A stretch of DNA of 64,000 bases from Puniceicoccaceae bacterium (GCA_040830495.1 JBFOMA010000001.1:303602-367601); one strand, 5' to 3'; positions 9,756 to 20,385 are shown, numbered from the stretch's first letter. Numbers and translations are program-made. Notes: generated by a model not told the origin, from the letters alone.

Positions 9756-10900
9756 ACCCTCAGGATAAATCCTTTGAGATATTCCGATTCCGGGAAATTC
9801 AGGACCACCGGATGGTCAATGGGCTGACCGGACTCATATAACACCTGAACTTTACGCCGGGTATCCGCGGCAGCCGACTCGATTATCTCACGATAAAGCG
9901 ATCGGGTGACGTGGTGGGAACAGCAATAGCTGGCAAGGATTCCACCAGGGCTCAGACAATTGAAGGCGCGTACATGCAGCTCCTTGTATCCCTTGGAGGC
10001 ACCGGCAACCGACTTGCGGTTGGGTGCGAATGATGGAGGATCCAGGATAATCAGGTCAAAACGCTCCTTGCGGTTCTGGGTGAAGTAATCGAAAACGTTT
10101 TCGACACGGAATTCCACTTCCACCTTGTTGTGGGCGGCATTTTTCTTTGCCACCTCGATAGCCTCTGCAGAACTGTCAATCGCCACAACTTCCCTTGCAC
10201 CAGCAATTGCACAATTGATCCCAAAAGCTCCCTGGTTGCAAAATGCATCGAGTACACGCCAGTCAGGGGCCATGGTAGCCACCTTGAAATGCTCCTGCCG
10301 CTGATCAAGGTAGAAGCCGGTCTTTTGCAGCTTTCCAAGATCCAGGTAGTATTGCACGTTATAGATCTCAGCCCAGAATGGCTGCAAGGGATTGCCACTT
10401 ACGGTGTAGCTGCCCAGCTCAAGGCCCTCCTTCTTGCGTGAAGGTGCATCATTGCGGACAAGGATTTCCCTCGGCGAGAGCTTCTCCTGCAAAAGCTTGA
10501 TTATTCCCGGTAAGGCAGCGTCGACTGCCATGGTGAGTGCCTGGACAACCAGCACATCCACAAACTGGTCCACAACAAGTCCAGGAAGATCATCCGCCTC
10601 CGACCAGACCAGCCGGCGCACAGGTTCCTCTTCACGGTTATGAATAGCAGCATCGAGTGCCTTGCCCCAGAATCCGCTAGCCCACTCCTCAGTACCGGTT
10701 GAGTAGCGACGCCATACGATCTGGGAATTTGTATTGATAATTCCCATACCCAAGTGACGGCCCCGGGAGTCCTCGAGTGGAAGCGCTTGTCCATTGAAAG
10801 CTGCATCCGGCATCGATTGCAGCTCATTACCGAACACCCATGGATGGCCGGAGAGTACCCGGGCGCGCCGGGCTTCCTTGCGTAGAATCAGTTTACTCAT
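9752..10900 (-). CDS. rlmI: Class I SAM-dependent 23S rRNA (m5C) methyltransferase, RlmI/RlmK-like
   Basis: PUA-like N-terminus ([14 protein letters not shown]) plus a Rossmann MTase ([14 protein letters not shown]..., ILDPPSFA). Confidence 0.8.
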   Translation of the reverse strand: MSKLILRKEARRARVLSGHPWVFGNELQSMPDAAFNGQALPLEDSRGRHLGMGIINTNSQIVWRRYSTGTEEWASGFWGKALDAAIHNREEEPVRRLVWSEADDLPGLVVDQFVDVLVVQALTMAVDAALPGIIKLLQEKLSPREILVRNDAPSRKKEGLELGSYTVSGNPLQPFWAEIYNVQYYLDLGKLQKTGFYLDQRQEHFKVATMAPDWRVLDAFCNQGAFGINCAIAGAREVVAIDSSAEAIEVAKKNAAHNKVEVEFRVENVFDYFTQNRKERFDLIILDPPSFAPNRKSVAGASKGYKELHVRAFNCLSPGGILASYCCSHHVTRSLYREIIESAAADTRRKVQVLYESGQPIDHPVVLNFPESEYLKGFILRV

Positions 10901-12015
10901 GGATGTTGCATGCGAAAGTAGTAAAAACCCATTACAGCAAAGGCAGCGATATTCGGGATCATTGATGACATGAGTGGATTCAAACCACTGGTTCCGACAA
11001 ACTGGGCAACATTCAAAAGAATGTAATACATGATGAACAGGCCCATCGCCTTGCTCACACCAACAAAGGGATTTGTACGAACACCCGATACTGAGAACGG
11101 TATCGCCAACCCTAGAATGATGATACAGATCACCGGGCTGAACAGACGGTCATAGAAGGTTACAGAGTATGTCGCCAGTCGGGGATCCTCAGCCGGGCGC
11201 AGGTAGTCCACAACTGTTTTCAGCTCGGAAAGCGAAAGGTCCTTGGGACGTTTCTCCAGTGCTTTCATCAGGTCCGGATCCTCGCTGAAGTCGGCCATGT
11301 GCTTTTTGTCGAACTGCAGCCTGCGGACTGGTGAACCATCAGACTCACTGAAGGTTGTCTCCCGTCCATTGGAAAAACTCCAACCCCCATGCAGGTCATC
11401 ATAGTAACCCTCGTTGGCAACAATACGGTTAACCTCCATTCCGGTGTTCGGGTCCTTGGTAGTGACGGTTATTCCATAGGCCCGGTAATTGTATTCGTTG
11501 AAACGGTTGAGAAACCACAGTCTACCATCCTTCCGGTTATAGAAAGTCAGGTTATAGATCAGGCCGACATCCTCGACCGGAGTCTCCTCCTCAAGGGCCT
11601 TCGAAAATGCCAGTTCATTCCAAATTAACCGTGCCTCTTCCACCGACCAGGGGATGAGTTTCGAATTCAACTGAAAGAACATTGCTGTCATCAGGATTCC
11701 CACCAGCCACAGGCTGCGGGTGATCCTGAAAAGGCTGAATCCTGCTGCCCTCAGCGCGGTTATCTCATGGTGCTTGTGGAACTGCCCGAGAGTGAACAGC
11801 AGGGACACCATGAAGGACATTGGCAGGGCAATCGGCACCATGGATGGGAAGCTCACCATGTAATACCAGATGATCTCCTTGTTGGTCGCCCCGAAGCCCA
11901 GCAAATCAGGCAGGTTGTCCTGAAGATCATTGATCACCAGCAAGCCGAACAGCACAAATACGGACAAGACGAATACCTTGAACCACTCAAACAGGATGTA
12001 CCGGTCAACTCGCAT
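10897..12015 (-). CDS. LPS export permease, LptF/LptG (YjgP/YjgQ) family
   Basis: Six-TM permease with a periplasmic beta-jellyroll between TM3 and TM4 and the typical N-terminus MRVDRYILFEWFKVF. Its stop overlaps rlmI. Confidence 0.8.
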   Translation of the reverse strand: MRVDRYILFEWFKVFVLSVFVLFGLLVINDLQDNLPDLLGFGATNKEIIWYYMVSFPSMVPIALPMSFMVSLLFTLGQFHKHHEITALRAAGFSLFRITRSLWLVGILMTAMFFQLNSKLIPWSVEEARLIWNELAFSKALEEETPVEDVGLIYNLTFYNRKDGRLWFLNRFNEYNYRAYGITVTTKDPNTGMEVNRIVANEGYYDDLHGGWSFSNGRETTFSESDGSPVRRLQFDKKHMADFSEDPDLMKALEKRPKDLSLSELKTVVDYLRPAEDPRLATYSVTFYDRLFSPVICIIILGLAIPFSVSGVRTNPFVGVSKAMGLFIMYYILLNVAQFVGTSGLNPLMSSMIPNIAAFAVMGFYYFRMQHP

Positions 12016-14495
12016 TATTCGGCTATTAAAGACTTTAACGTGCTAAGATCAACTTTTGCCGACTGATGTGCACTCTCATCCAGCAAATCGCGCAATAATG
12101 CTGCCTTTTTCACCTGAAGCGCGAGTACCTTATCCTCCACGGTACCTTCCGTGACCAGTTTGTAGCTGGTCACTGTGCGCTGCTGCCCGATCCGGTGGGC
12201 CCGGTCGGTCGCCTGGTCCTCCACAGCCGGATTCCACCAAGGGTCAAAGTGAATGACCGTGTCAGCGCCAGTAAGATTCAAGCCGGTGCCTCCTGCCTTC
12301 AATGAAATCAGGCAGACCGCAATCTCCGGATCTCCGTTAAAGCGGTCGCACACGGCAAGGCGATCCCGTGTTGAGCCGTCGATGTATTCCGAGCGGATAC
12401 CATTGTCATCCAGAAGTGAACGCAGGCGCTTGAGCAGCTTTACGAACTGGGAAAAGACCAGAATTCGGTGACCCCCATCCAATGCCTCCTGAAGAAGCTC
12501 CATGAAAGCAAGGTACTTGGCAGATTGCTCCATTGGATATTCCGGATCCACCATTCCCGGATCCGCACAGACCTGCCTGAGACGCAGCAGTTCCGTTAGC
12601 AGCGTAAACCGCAGCTTGTTCTCCGATGCACCACTGGCAGCCAGCTCCATCATACGCTGCTGGCTCTTTACCTGCACCATGTTGTAAAGATCACGCTGAC
12701 GGGAATCCAACCCGCACCAGAGTGTTTGCTCTATCTTATCCGGCAATTCAGGTGCCACCATCTTCTTGCCACGCCGCAGAATGAAGGGTGCCGCCATTTC
12801 AAGATGCCGTTTCTCGTGCCATTCCTTCTCTTCGCCCCGGGCATCGCGTGGGGGTCGCTTGAGGTAACCCGGCAGGCAAAACTCAAACAAGGACCGCAGG
12901 TCCTCGATCGTGTTTTCAATGGGTGTACCCGTCAGCACAAACCGCGATTCGGCATCAATCGCACGAAGCGAGCGGGCGGCATGCGTCCTCCGGTTTTTCA
13001 CGTGCTGCGCCTCATCGGCAATTGCGAATGCGAATTCCATCTCCTGGAACAGCTCCACATCGTTGCGCAGGGTGCTGTAGGAAGTCAGCCATACTTCGTA
13101 TTCGGGACACTTGACGCTGGACTCTAGACTCTGGTCGTAGCTGCTGATACGGTTCGGCCCATGGTGAACGTATGTAGATACTCCAGGAGCCCAGTTGGAT
13201 AACTCCCGTTTCCAATTACCCAGCAGACTGGCCGGAGCGACGATTAAAATCGGACGCTGGCCACTAGAGTTGGCATCCTGATCATTGTCCAGAGTCCAGC
13301 GTCCAGAGTCCAGCGTCCGATAACAAAGTATCAGCCCGATCGCCTGAATCGTCTTTCCGAGACCCATTTCATCAGCGAGGATTCCGCCCAGCCGGCTGTT
13401 ATAGAGATGCCATAACCATGCGGTACCGATCAACTGGTAAGTCCGGAACTTAGCCGCAACCTCTTCCGGCAAAGGCGGTGGTTTCAATCGCCCCACCTCA
13501 CGTATGGCGGCACTGCGCTCTGTCCAGTCCGCCGGCAACTCGGCCTCCAGTTCGAATTCGTCCAGCACTGCAGATGTGCTGACCACAGCCGCGCCATCAA
13601 TGTCCGCCTGGAAGATACCAGTCAAAGGTAAATCCGGCTCACCGCTGAGTTGACGGCTGGCATCCCTGAACTTGTCCAACACGGCTTTCTCGATCAGGTG
13701 GATTTTATTCCCACGGATAATGTAGTGACAATTCGATACAAGCGCCTGGCGAATGTCGTATGGCTCGACGCCCTCTGCCGTCAGCTCGAGCCTCAGGGAA
13801 GTGGAACGCCCATCCTGGATTGAGTCGCACCTCAGCTTTACCGGCTCAATCATGGCAGTGCGCTGGTTGAATCCATCCGTGTATCCCGGGGCATAGACCC
13901 GGTCCACCTCGGCCCGTTCAATTGCGAGGAAATTAAGCACCTTGTGCTGGCTGCGCAGCCACCACTTGCCATTGCTGTGCTCATACTGGAATCCCTGCCG
14001 ACGCAACCAGTCCACAACACCCTGGTAATTCGGATAATCCCGGTCACGCAGCATGATGGAGAGATAGGCGGGTGACCCATCGATAACCATCCATGTTTGC
14101 GGACGCTGGACTCTGGACCCTGGACGCTGGACCCTGGAGGGACGACCTCCGTGTCGTCCAACAGTGGATAAGCTTGGGGACGACACAGAGGTCGTCCCTC
14201 CGGCTTCCACCTTCTTCTTAATTGCCAGGCAAAGGGCCAGTGAATGTGGACAGGCCTGACCGCCAGGCGCACCACATTGGCACTTGTTCTGGATAAAGGT
14301 AAGTGACCGCAGGTTCAATTCTGGCTCATATACCCTGCCCTCGCATTCCAGCTTGCCCGTGAGAACCGGTTTATCCCAATCGACTGACTTGACCGCCCCA
14401 GCCTCCATCAAGGCATGTGCCTTGCGAAGCGCCGTCCAACTGCCCATCTCGGCAAGCACCGGACGCGTCAATTCTGGCAGGTCGAGAAGACTCAT
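12015..14495 (-). CDS. SNF2-family DEAD/DEAH helicase with N-terminal SWIM zinc finger
   Basis: SWIM CxCx(n)CxH at the N-terminus. SNF2 ATPase motifs LADEMGLGKT and DEAQHVKN are present, with helicase-C motifs downstream. The stop overlaps the lptF/G start. Repeat-derived in-frame insertions lie in the linker regions (see findings). Confidence 0.85.
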   Translation of the reverse strand: MSLLDLPELTRPVLAEMGSWTALRKAHALMEAGAVKSVDWDKPVLTGKLECEGRVYEPELNLRSLTFIQNKCQCGAPGGQACPHSLALCLAIKKKVEAGGTTSVSSPSLSTVGRHGGRPSRVQRPGSRVQRPQTWMVIDGSPAYLSIMLRDRDYPNYQGVVDWLRRQGFQYEHSNGKWWLRSQHKVLNFLAIERAEVDRVYAPGYTDGFNQRTAMIEPVKLRCDSIQDGRSTSLRLELTAEGVEPYDIRQALVSNCHYIIRGNKIHLIEKAVLDKFRDASRQLSGEPDLPLTGIFQADIDGAAVVSTSAVLDEFELEAELPADWTERSAAIREVGRLKPPPLPEEVAAKFRTYQLIGTAWLWHLYNSRLGGILADEMGLGKTIQAIGLILCYRTLDSGRWTLDNDQDANSSGQRPILIVAPASLLGNWKRELSNWAPGVSTYVHHGPNRISSYDQSLESSVKCPEYEVWLTSYSTLRNDVELFQEMEFAFAIADEAQHVKNRRTHAARSLRAIDAESRFVLTGTPIENTIEDLRSLFEFCLPGYLKRPPRDARGEEKEWHEKRHLEMAAPFILRRGKKMVAPELPDKIEQTLWCGLDSRQRDLYNMVQVKSQQRMMELAASGASENKLRFTLLTELLRLRQVCADPGMVDPEYPMEQSAKYLAFMELLQEALDGGHRILVFSQFVKLLKRLRSLLDDNGIRSEYIDGSTRDRLAVCDRFNGDPEIAVCLISLKAGGTGLNLTGADTVIHFDPWWNPAVEDQATDRAHRIGQQRTVTSYKLVTEGTVEDKVLALQVKKAALLRDLLDESAHQSAKVDLSTLKSLIAE
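13287..13318. repeat. Heptad tandem repeat (GTCCAGNG)n-type element embedded in frame in the SNF2 helicase CDS
   Basis: gtccagagtccagcgtccagagtccagcgtcc. It encodes the duplicated peptide DSGRWTLDSGRWTL on the minus strand. Confidence 0.7.
14101..14201. repeat. Heptad repeats plus a 24-bp inverted repeat (1 mismatch, 18-nt loop) embedded in frame in the SNF2 helicase CDS linker
   Basis: ggacgctggactctggaccctggacgctggaccctgg is followed by the arms ggagggacgacctccgtgtcgtcc ... ggacgacacagaggtcgtccctcc. It encodes RPSRVQRPGSRVQRPQ and the flanking linker. Confidence 0.8.
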
Positions 14496-14507
14496 CCGGG
14501 AACCTTA

Positions 14508-15497
14508 TCAACCTAGGCGGAACAGAACTTTTCCCATGCGGGGTTGTCCTGCTCTTTCGAAGGCAGCCTTGTATTCGGAAATTGGATACGTGGAATCTAC
14601 CGATGCGAAAACTATCCCCTTGATCATCAGGTCGAATATCTTGTCGAACATGATCTGGATGCGGGCCGTTGAGTGGGAACGCATCCATTTATCCATCCAG
14701 AATCCCTTCATGTGGATGTCATTGAAAATCAACTCGCGAGTGGGAAAGCGGATCTTTTCAAACTGCATCGCCCCAAACGTGACATGCGTCCCGCCTTCGG
14801 ACAGCGACCGCACCAGCCGGATGGCACTCTCTCCACCTATGGAATTCAAAGCCAGCTTTACTGGTTCACCATTAGTAAGTTCCTTAACCTGTTTTTCGTA
14901 ACCGGAATCCTCAAGGACCACATGGTCAGCCCCCATCTCCTTCAATGGCTCCACCAACTCCTCACGGCGCACTACATTGATGGTCTTCAGACCCAGATGC
15001 TTTGCCATCTCGATGACATGCAGACCGACTGCCGAATTGGCTGCATTCTGGACTACCCACTCCCCCTCGGAAAGATGCGCATCACGCAGAACCCGCCATG
15101 CGGTCGGCGGATTGATGGTCGCCATGGCTGCCATTTCAACAGGGACATCAGCCGGCAGGCGAAACAGACCTTCAGCCTGAACGACAACGGTGCTTTGCCA
15201 GGCACCAGCTCCCTTGGGTACCAGAACCCGCTCACCGATCGCATAATCCGTCACGCCTTCTCCAACTTCAGCAATTTCTGCCACGCCTTCACGGCCTGCA
15301 ACGGCTGGCAAGGTCGGCAGGCTACCATATTTGCCGAGGATCATCCCAAAATCGGATGGATGCACAGGTGCTGCCAGGATTCGCAGTAACACTTCGCCGA
15401 CACCGGGCGTACCCAGCTCGCGCTCTTCAAGGCGAATAACCTCTCCAGGCAGGCCGAAAGCATCATGGACAAGGGCTTGTGATTTCTCCATTTCCAA
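14508..15497 (-). CDS. Medium-chain dehydrogenase/reductase (quinone oxidoreductase / enoyl reductase-like)
   Basis: GroES-like N-terminal domain plus a Rossmann nucleotide-binding motif (NAANSAVGLHVIEMAKHLG). Confidence 0.75.
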   Translation of the reverse strand: MEMEKSQALVHDAFGLPGEVIRLEERELGTPGVGEVLLRILAAPVHPSDFGMILGKYGSLPTLPAVAGREGVAEIAEVGEGVTDYAIGERVLVPKGAGAWQSTVVVQAEGLFRLPADVPVEMAAMATINPPTAWRVLRDAHLSEGEWVVQNAANSAVGLHVIEMAKHLGLKTINVVRREELVEPLKEMGADHVVLEDSGYEKQVKELTNGEPVKLALNSIGGESAIRLVRSLSEGGTHVTFGAMQFEKIRFPTRELIFNDIHMKGFWMDKWMRSHSTARIQIMFDKIFDLMIKGIVFASVDSTYPISEYKAAFERAGQPRMGKVLFRLG

Positions 15498-15600
15498 ATC
15501 CTCAGGAACTCTATGGTGGATTTCCAGACTTAATACGGCCTTTTGAGCAGAAAATCTCTGCTAAACGCATGCTATGTCTTGCAGCTAAGCCAGTTGTGGA

Positions 15601-17685
15601 TTGCTTAACAGCATGATGAGTGAAAATCCATTCCTAGATAATTCCTTCGAAATCAAGTGGTCACTGCTTTCTTCTGACAAGGTTGAAGATGCCATGCAGC
15701 AGGCGATTGCCCTCGGTAATGCAGCCCTGAACGAGATCATTGAGCTCCCCGATGGTTCGGAAACATTTCAAAACACCTTCCTCGCACTGGAAGACGCTAC
15801 CCTTTTGGTTTCATCCCCATGGGGAAAAGTGGACCACCTGACTTCTGTGGACGACAACCCGGAATTGCGTGAAGCTTATAAAAAAGCTCTTCCGGATGTC
15901 ACAGCGTTTACTGCATCCATTCCATTGAACCAGGGGCTGTACCGCAAACTCAAGGCTTTTGCCGACTCAGCAGCAGCATCTAAGCTCAATCCGGTCCAAC
16001 AGCGCTTTGTCAGCGAAACCATCAAGGATTTCGAGGAAGCCGGGGCAAACCAACCCGAGGACAAGCGCGCACGTCTGGAGGAGATTGCCAAGACCCTTGC
16101 TGAGAAAACAAAGCTCTACACCGATCACGTTCTCGATTCCACCAATGCTTATGAGCGCATCGTAGACAGCAAGGAAGAGATGGCGGGATTACCGGAATCA
16201 CTAATTGAGGCAGCTCGCCTGGACGCCCTCAAGAAAGGGATCGGCACCGAGGAAGATCCGAAATACCGCCTCACCCTCCAGATGACGTCCTATGTTCCGG
16301 CAATGCGCTTTCTTGACTCCGAGAAGATCCGCAAGGAGTTGTTCGAAGCGTTTGCGATGCAAGGACACTATGGAGAATACGAAAATGAAGGGCTGATCCG
16401 TGAAATCCTGACGCTGCGCAAGGAAAAGGCCAGCATCATGGGTAAGGATAACTTCCCGGACCTCGTCCTTGAGCGCCGAATGGCAAAGAACGGGGAAACC
16501 GCACATGCCTTCGTCGAGGACTTGTTTGAGAAGACCAAAGAGGCACGCGACGGGGACTTTGCAGCACTGAAAGCCTTTGTTTCCGAGCAAACCGGTGAAG
16601 AGGTTGAAACAATGAACCCCTGGGACATGGGCTACTGGGGCGAAAAGCGTCGCAAGGCATTGTACGACTTCGATGAAGAGGAATTGCGCCCGTACTTCCC
16701 AATGGAATCGGTCATGAACGGCCTGTTCAAGCTAGTTGAGCAAATTTTCGATATCCGTGTTGAGGAGGTGACCGAGCCAAAGCCAGAAGGCTGGCACCCG
16801 GAAGTACAGCTGTACTCAATTCATGATATCCCGACCGGGCACCATCTGGGCAATTTCTATACCGACTGGTTCCCGCGCGAACCCAAACGTGGCGGGGCGT
16901 GGATGAACTACCTGATAACTGGCAAGGCGGGTCCGGACGGCCTGCTATCCCCTCACCTCGGCCTGATGGTCGGTAACCTGATGCCGCCGGTCGGGGACAA
17001 GCCATCGCTGCTCACGCACCGTGATGTGGAAACAATCTTCCACGAGTTTGGCCACCTGCTTCATCATTTGCTCAGCGATGTCCAGATCCGCAGCCTCTGC
17101 GGCGTCAACGTTGCATGGGATTTCGTGGAGCTGCCTTCTCAGATTATGGAAAACTGGTGCTGGGAACGCGTCAGCCTGGACTTGTTTGCCCGGCATTACG
17201 AAACCGGTGAAGCAATTCCCGAGGAGCTGTTCAAGAAGATGATCGCCGCCCGCAATTACGGCGCTGCCGGTATGCAGATGCGTCAGTTGTTCTTCGGTAA
17301 AATGGACCTCTCACTTCATCTTAACTTCGATCCAGCCAGCGAGCAGAATCTGGATGCCTTCATCAAGGAGGCAACTGATGGATACGAAGTGAAGCTGTCC
17401 AAGGAATACCCGAGTATTGTGCGCTTCTTTAATCACCTGTTCAGCGATGCCACCGGTTATGCCTCAGGCTATTACAGCTACAAGTGGGCGGAGGTGCTCG
17501 ACGCCGACGCCTTCACGCGATTCAAGAGTGAGGGCATCATGAACAAGCCAACAGGAAAAGCATTCCGCGAATGTGTACTCGCCAAAGGTAACTCTGAGGA
17601 GCCAGGCAAGCTGTTCCGCGACTTCATGGGCCGCGACCCCGATCCGGAAGCACTGCTCAAAAGGCTCGGGTTGGCACAAGCATAG
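15601..17685 (+). CDS. M3-family metallopeptidase (oligopeptidase A / peptidyl-dipeptidase Dcp-like)
   Basis: HEFGH zinc motif (IFHEFGHLLHH) within an M3 fold, about 690 aa. Confidence 0.9.
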   Translation: MLNSMMSENPFLDNSFEIKWSLLSSDKVEDAMQQAIALGNAALNEIIELPDGSETFQNTFLALEDATLLVSSPWGKVDHLTSVDDNPELREAYKKALPDVTAFTASIPLNQGLYRKLKAFADSAAASKLNPVQQRFVSETIKDFEEAGANQPEDKRARLEEIAKTLAEKTKLYTDHVLDSTNAYERIVDSKEEMAGLPESLIEAARLDALKKGIGTEEDPKYRLTLQMTSYVPAMRFLDSEKIRKELFEAFAMQGHYGEYENEGLIREILTLRKEKASIMGKDNFPDLVLERRMAKNGETAHAFVEDLFEKTKEARDGDFAALKAFVSEQTGEEVETMNPWDMGYWGEKRRKALYDFDEEELRPYFPMESVMNGLFKLVEQIFDIRVEEVTEPKPEGWHPEVQLYSIHDIPTGHHLGNFYTDWFPREPKRGGAWMNYLITGKAGPDGLLSPHLGLMVGNLMPPVGDKPSLLTHRDVETIFHEFGHLLHHLLSDVQIRSLCGVNVAWDFVELPSQIMENWCWERVSLDLFARHYETGEAIPEELFKKMIAARNYGAAGMQMRQLFFGKMDLSLHLNFDPASEQNLDAFIKEATDGYEVKLSKEYPSIVRFFNHLFSDATGYASGYYSYKWAEVLDADAFTRFKSEGIMNKPTGKAFRECVLAKGNSEEPGKLFRDFMGRDPDPEALLKRLGLAQA

Positions 17686-17826
17686 CCGTGAACTAAGGAT
17701 GACAGGCACCCTGCCTGTCATTCACGCTGGCCCCGCTGTCGGCAGGCAAGGATGCCTGCCACCCGGCAACGCACGCTGGCCTCGCTGTTGGCAGGCAAGG
17801 ATGCCTGCCATCCGGAATCCGCAACC
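17686..17826. repeat. REP-like hairpin cluster between convergent genes; also serves as a bidirectional terminator
   Basis: Hairpin tgacaggcaccctgcctgtca (17700-17720) is followed by two copies of an about 48-bp unit. Each unit contains ggcaggcaaggatgcctgcc, a 7-bp stem with a 6-nt loop. Confidence 0.7.
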
Positions 17827-19350
17827 TTACCTTCTCATGCGTAAAGCTACATACCCCGTGTTGCCACGGAAGGAGACCCACAGGCGATTCGGGCGACGTT
17901 CGCGGATGTTCTCGACGAGATCACCAACGGACTCCACCTCCACACCGTTTACCTCAAGGATGACCATCCCTGCAGATAGGACCTGTGCATAAGGCGAACG
18001 GGCTTCCACCTCGGTAATCAGTATGCCACTGTCGAGCTCCAGACTCCACTCCTCGGCATTAGTGTCGTTCACTGGTTCCATGGCGACGCCTTCAAGGGGA
18101 CTATCTTCAGGAACGACTACAGCTGTCGGATCATCCAGGCTGCTGAGGGTGACAGTGTATTTCCTCTTCTTGCCGTCACGGAATACCTGAACTTCAACAT
18201 CCGTTCCCGGACGGATTGCAGCTACCGTCAAACGTAGATCAGTCACAGAATCCACTGCTTCACCATTGATCTCACGGATAATGTCTCCCCGCTCGAGACC
18301 TGCGCGTTCAGCAGGCGAGCGGTCTTGAACAGACTCGATAAGCGCACCCTTGTCATCCTCCAGGCCGAAAGCTTCCGCCATGTCCGAGTTCAGGTCACTA
18401 ATACTTACACCAAGGTATCCTCTGCGTACCGTACCGGCTTCAACCAGCTCGAGTACAACATTACGGATCAATCGGGTCGGGATTGCAAAGCCGATGCCGA
18501 TGTTGCCGCCCGTTTGCGAAAAGATCGCGGTGTTGATCCCAATCAAACGGCCTTTCGCATCGACCAGCGCACCACCGGAATTGCCCTGGTTGATCGCTGC
18601 ATCTGTTTGAATAAAGTTCTCATAGCCCTGGTTACCAAGAAGCCCGAGATTTGATCGCCCGGTAGCAGAGACAATACCCATCGTGCTGGTTTGGCCAACA
18701 CCGAGCGGGTTGCCGATAGCGAACACAACATCACCCACATTGAGTAAGTTCGAATCCGCCATTGTCAGACTGGGCAGCTCTTCCATGTCAATTTTGACAA
18801 GGGCAATGTCAGTGCGTGCGTCGCGTCCGATCAATTCTGCTTCAACTTCACTTCCATCCGACAGAGTAACAGTGATTTCATCAGCTGGATCACCCGATTC
18901 TGTGGTTACCACGTGATTATTGGTGAGGATGTATCCATCGTCGGAGATGATTACGCCGGATCCCAGCCCATGCGGGATGCGACGTTCAAAGGTCTGCGGT
19001 TCCTCGCCACCGCCGCGCTGTTCCGGTTCTTCCGGGATACCATAGTAGCGGCGCAAAAATTCCTCAATCGGGCTATTGCCGCGACCGCCACGCATGTATT
19101 CGACAATACTCGCCGTTGTAACAGAGACCACGGCCTGGCGGGCGGGTCCAAGAACATCCGCGTAACTGGTGATATACGGGACAGCACCGTCGTCTACCGG
19201 TGTTTCATCCAACGCAAAATCGTTCGTTTCCTGCGCCTGAACGCTGACGGCGGCAATCGCCATCAAGCCAATCGTAATTTTGCGGCTCCAGGATGAAGCC
19301 AGTCTGTTTAATCCAATATTCCTCATGTGCATGATCGGTTTGAGATACAT
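17827..19350 (-). CDS. Do-family serine endoprotease (DegP/HtrA) with two PDZ domains
   Basis: Trypsin-like catalytic motifs (TNNHV, GNSGGAL) and two C-terminal PDZ domains, with a signal peptide. The start may be the Met at 19332 or 19326. Confidence 0.9.
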   Translation of the reverse strand: MYLKPIMHMRNIGLNRLASSWSRKITIGLMAIAAVSVQAQETNDFALDETPVDDGAVPYITSYADVLGPARQAVVSVTTASIVEYMRGGRGNSPIEEFLRRYYGIPEEPEQRGGGEEPQTFERRIPHGLGSGVIISDDGYILTNNHVVTTESGDPADEITVTLSDGSEVEAELIGRDARTDIALVKIDMEELPSLTMADSNLLNVGDVVFAIGNPLGVGQTSTMGIVSATGRSNLGLLGNQGYENFIQTDAAINQGNSGGALVDAKGRLIGINTAIFSQTGGNIGIGFAIPTRLIRNVVLELVEAGTVRRGYLGVSISDLNSDMAEAFGLEDDKGALIESVQDRSPAERAGLERGDIIREINGEAVDSVTDLRLTVAAIRPGTDVEVQVFRDGKKRKYTVTLSSLDDPTAVVVPEDSPLEGVAMEPVNDTNAEEWSLELDSGILITEVEARSPYAQVLSAGMVILEVNGVEVESVGDLVENIRERRPNRLWVSFRGNTGYVALRMRR

Positions 19351-19437
19351 TACTCGAATTTGACGTGAATCAAACCGGAGTATTCAAAATAATGCACAAA
19401 TTGTTTCAAAAACCCGCCTGGTGGGGGTATTTCTAAA

Positions 19438-20385
19438 TCAGAAGCCCTTGATTTTGAACAGGGAGGTGACGCTCTGGTGGTTATTGATCCGGAGCATGGC
19501 TTCGCCCATAAGTGGCGCGATGGATAGCACGGTAATGGGCAGCCCGCGACAATCCACCGGAGTGGAATTAGTCGTTATCAGCTCATCGAGGAATCCCTCC
19601 TGCATCCGTTCGTATCCCTTGTCATTGAGTACTGCGTGACTGACTGCAGCCCGTACTTTGCTGGCGCCATTATCCTTCAGCAGCTTGGCTGCTGCCTGGA
19701 GTGTGCCGGCAGACTCTGTCAGGTCATCCACCATCAGGACAGACTTGCCTTTGACATCGCCCACGACACCAGTCGCTTCAACGGAGGTCGCATCCTTGCG
19801 CTTCTTTGCAACAAATCCGAAATCTGTTCCCAGCATATTGGCATAGGCTGCGGCCATTTTCATACCGCCAACGTCAGGGGAAATCACGATCAGGTCCTCA
19901 TCCCGGAACTTCTTCAGGTAATCATAGAAAACGGTGGACGCATACAAGTGGTCTACTGGGATATCGAAAAATCCCTGAATCTGGGGCGCATGCAGGTCCA
20001 TGGTGAGGACGCGGTTGGCACCGGCCGTCCCCAGCAGGTTGGCCACAAGCTTGGCAGTGATCGGCACCCGTGGCTGATCCTTACGATCCTGCCTGGCATA
20101 GCCGTAAAACGGAATAACTGCGGTAATCCGGGTGGCTGAAGCCCGTCGCGCAGCATCCATCATGATCAGCAGCTCCATCAGGTTGTCATTGGCGGGAGGA
20201 CAGGTCGGCTGAATAATAAAAACGTCCGCTCCCCGGACATTCTCATCGATCTTCACGAAGACCTCCTTATCCGGGAATCGCTTCAAGGTGACATGTGTGG
20301 GCTCGACCCCCACGAATTCACAAACCGCTTTCGCCAAGGGAGTGTTGGAGCTCCCCATGAGAATTTTCATTTCACCGAACTGCAT
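19438..20385 (-). CDS. prs: Ribose-phosphate pyrophosphokinase
   Basis: PRPP-synthetase motifs (DLHAPQIQGFF, VVGDVKGKSVLMVDD). The start may be the Met at 20370. Confidence 0.9.
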   Translation of the reverse strand: MQFGEMKILMGSSNTPLAKAVCEFVGVEPTHVTLKRFPDKEVFVKIDENVRGADVFIIQPTCPPANDNLMELLIMMDAARRASATRITAVIPFYGYARQDRKDQPRVPITAKLVANLLGTAGANRVLTMDLHAPQIQGFFDIPVDHLYASTVFYDYLKKFRDEDLIVISPDVGGMKMAAAYANMLGTDFGFVAKKRKDATSVEATGVVGDVKGKSVLMVDDLTESAGTLQAAAKLLKDNGASKVRAAVSHAVLNDKGYERMQEGFLDELITTNSTPVDCRGLPITVLSIAPLMGEAMLRINNHQSVTSLFKIKGF

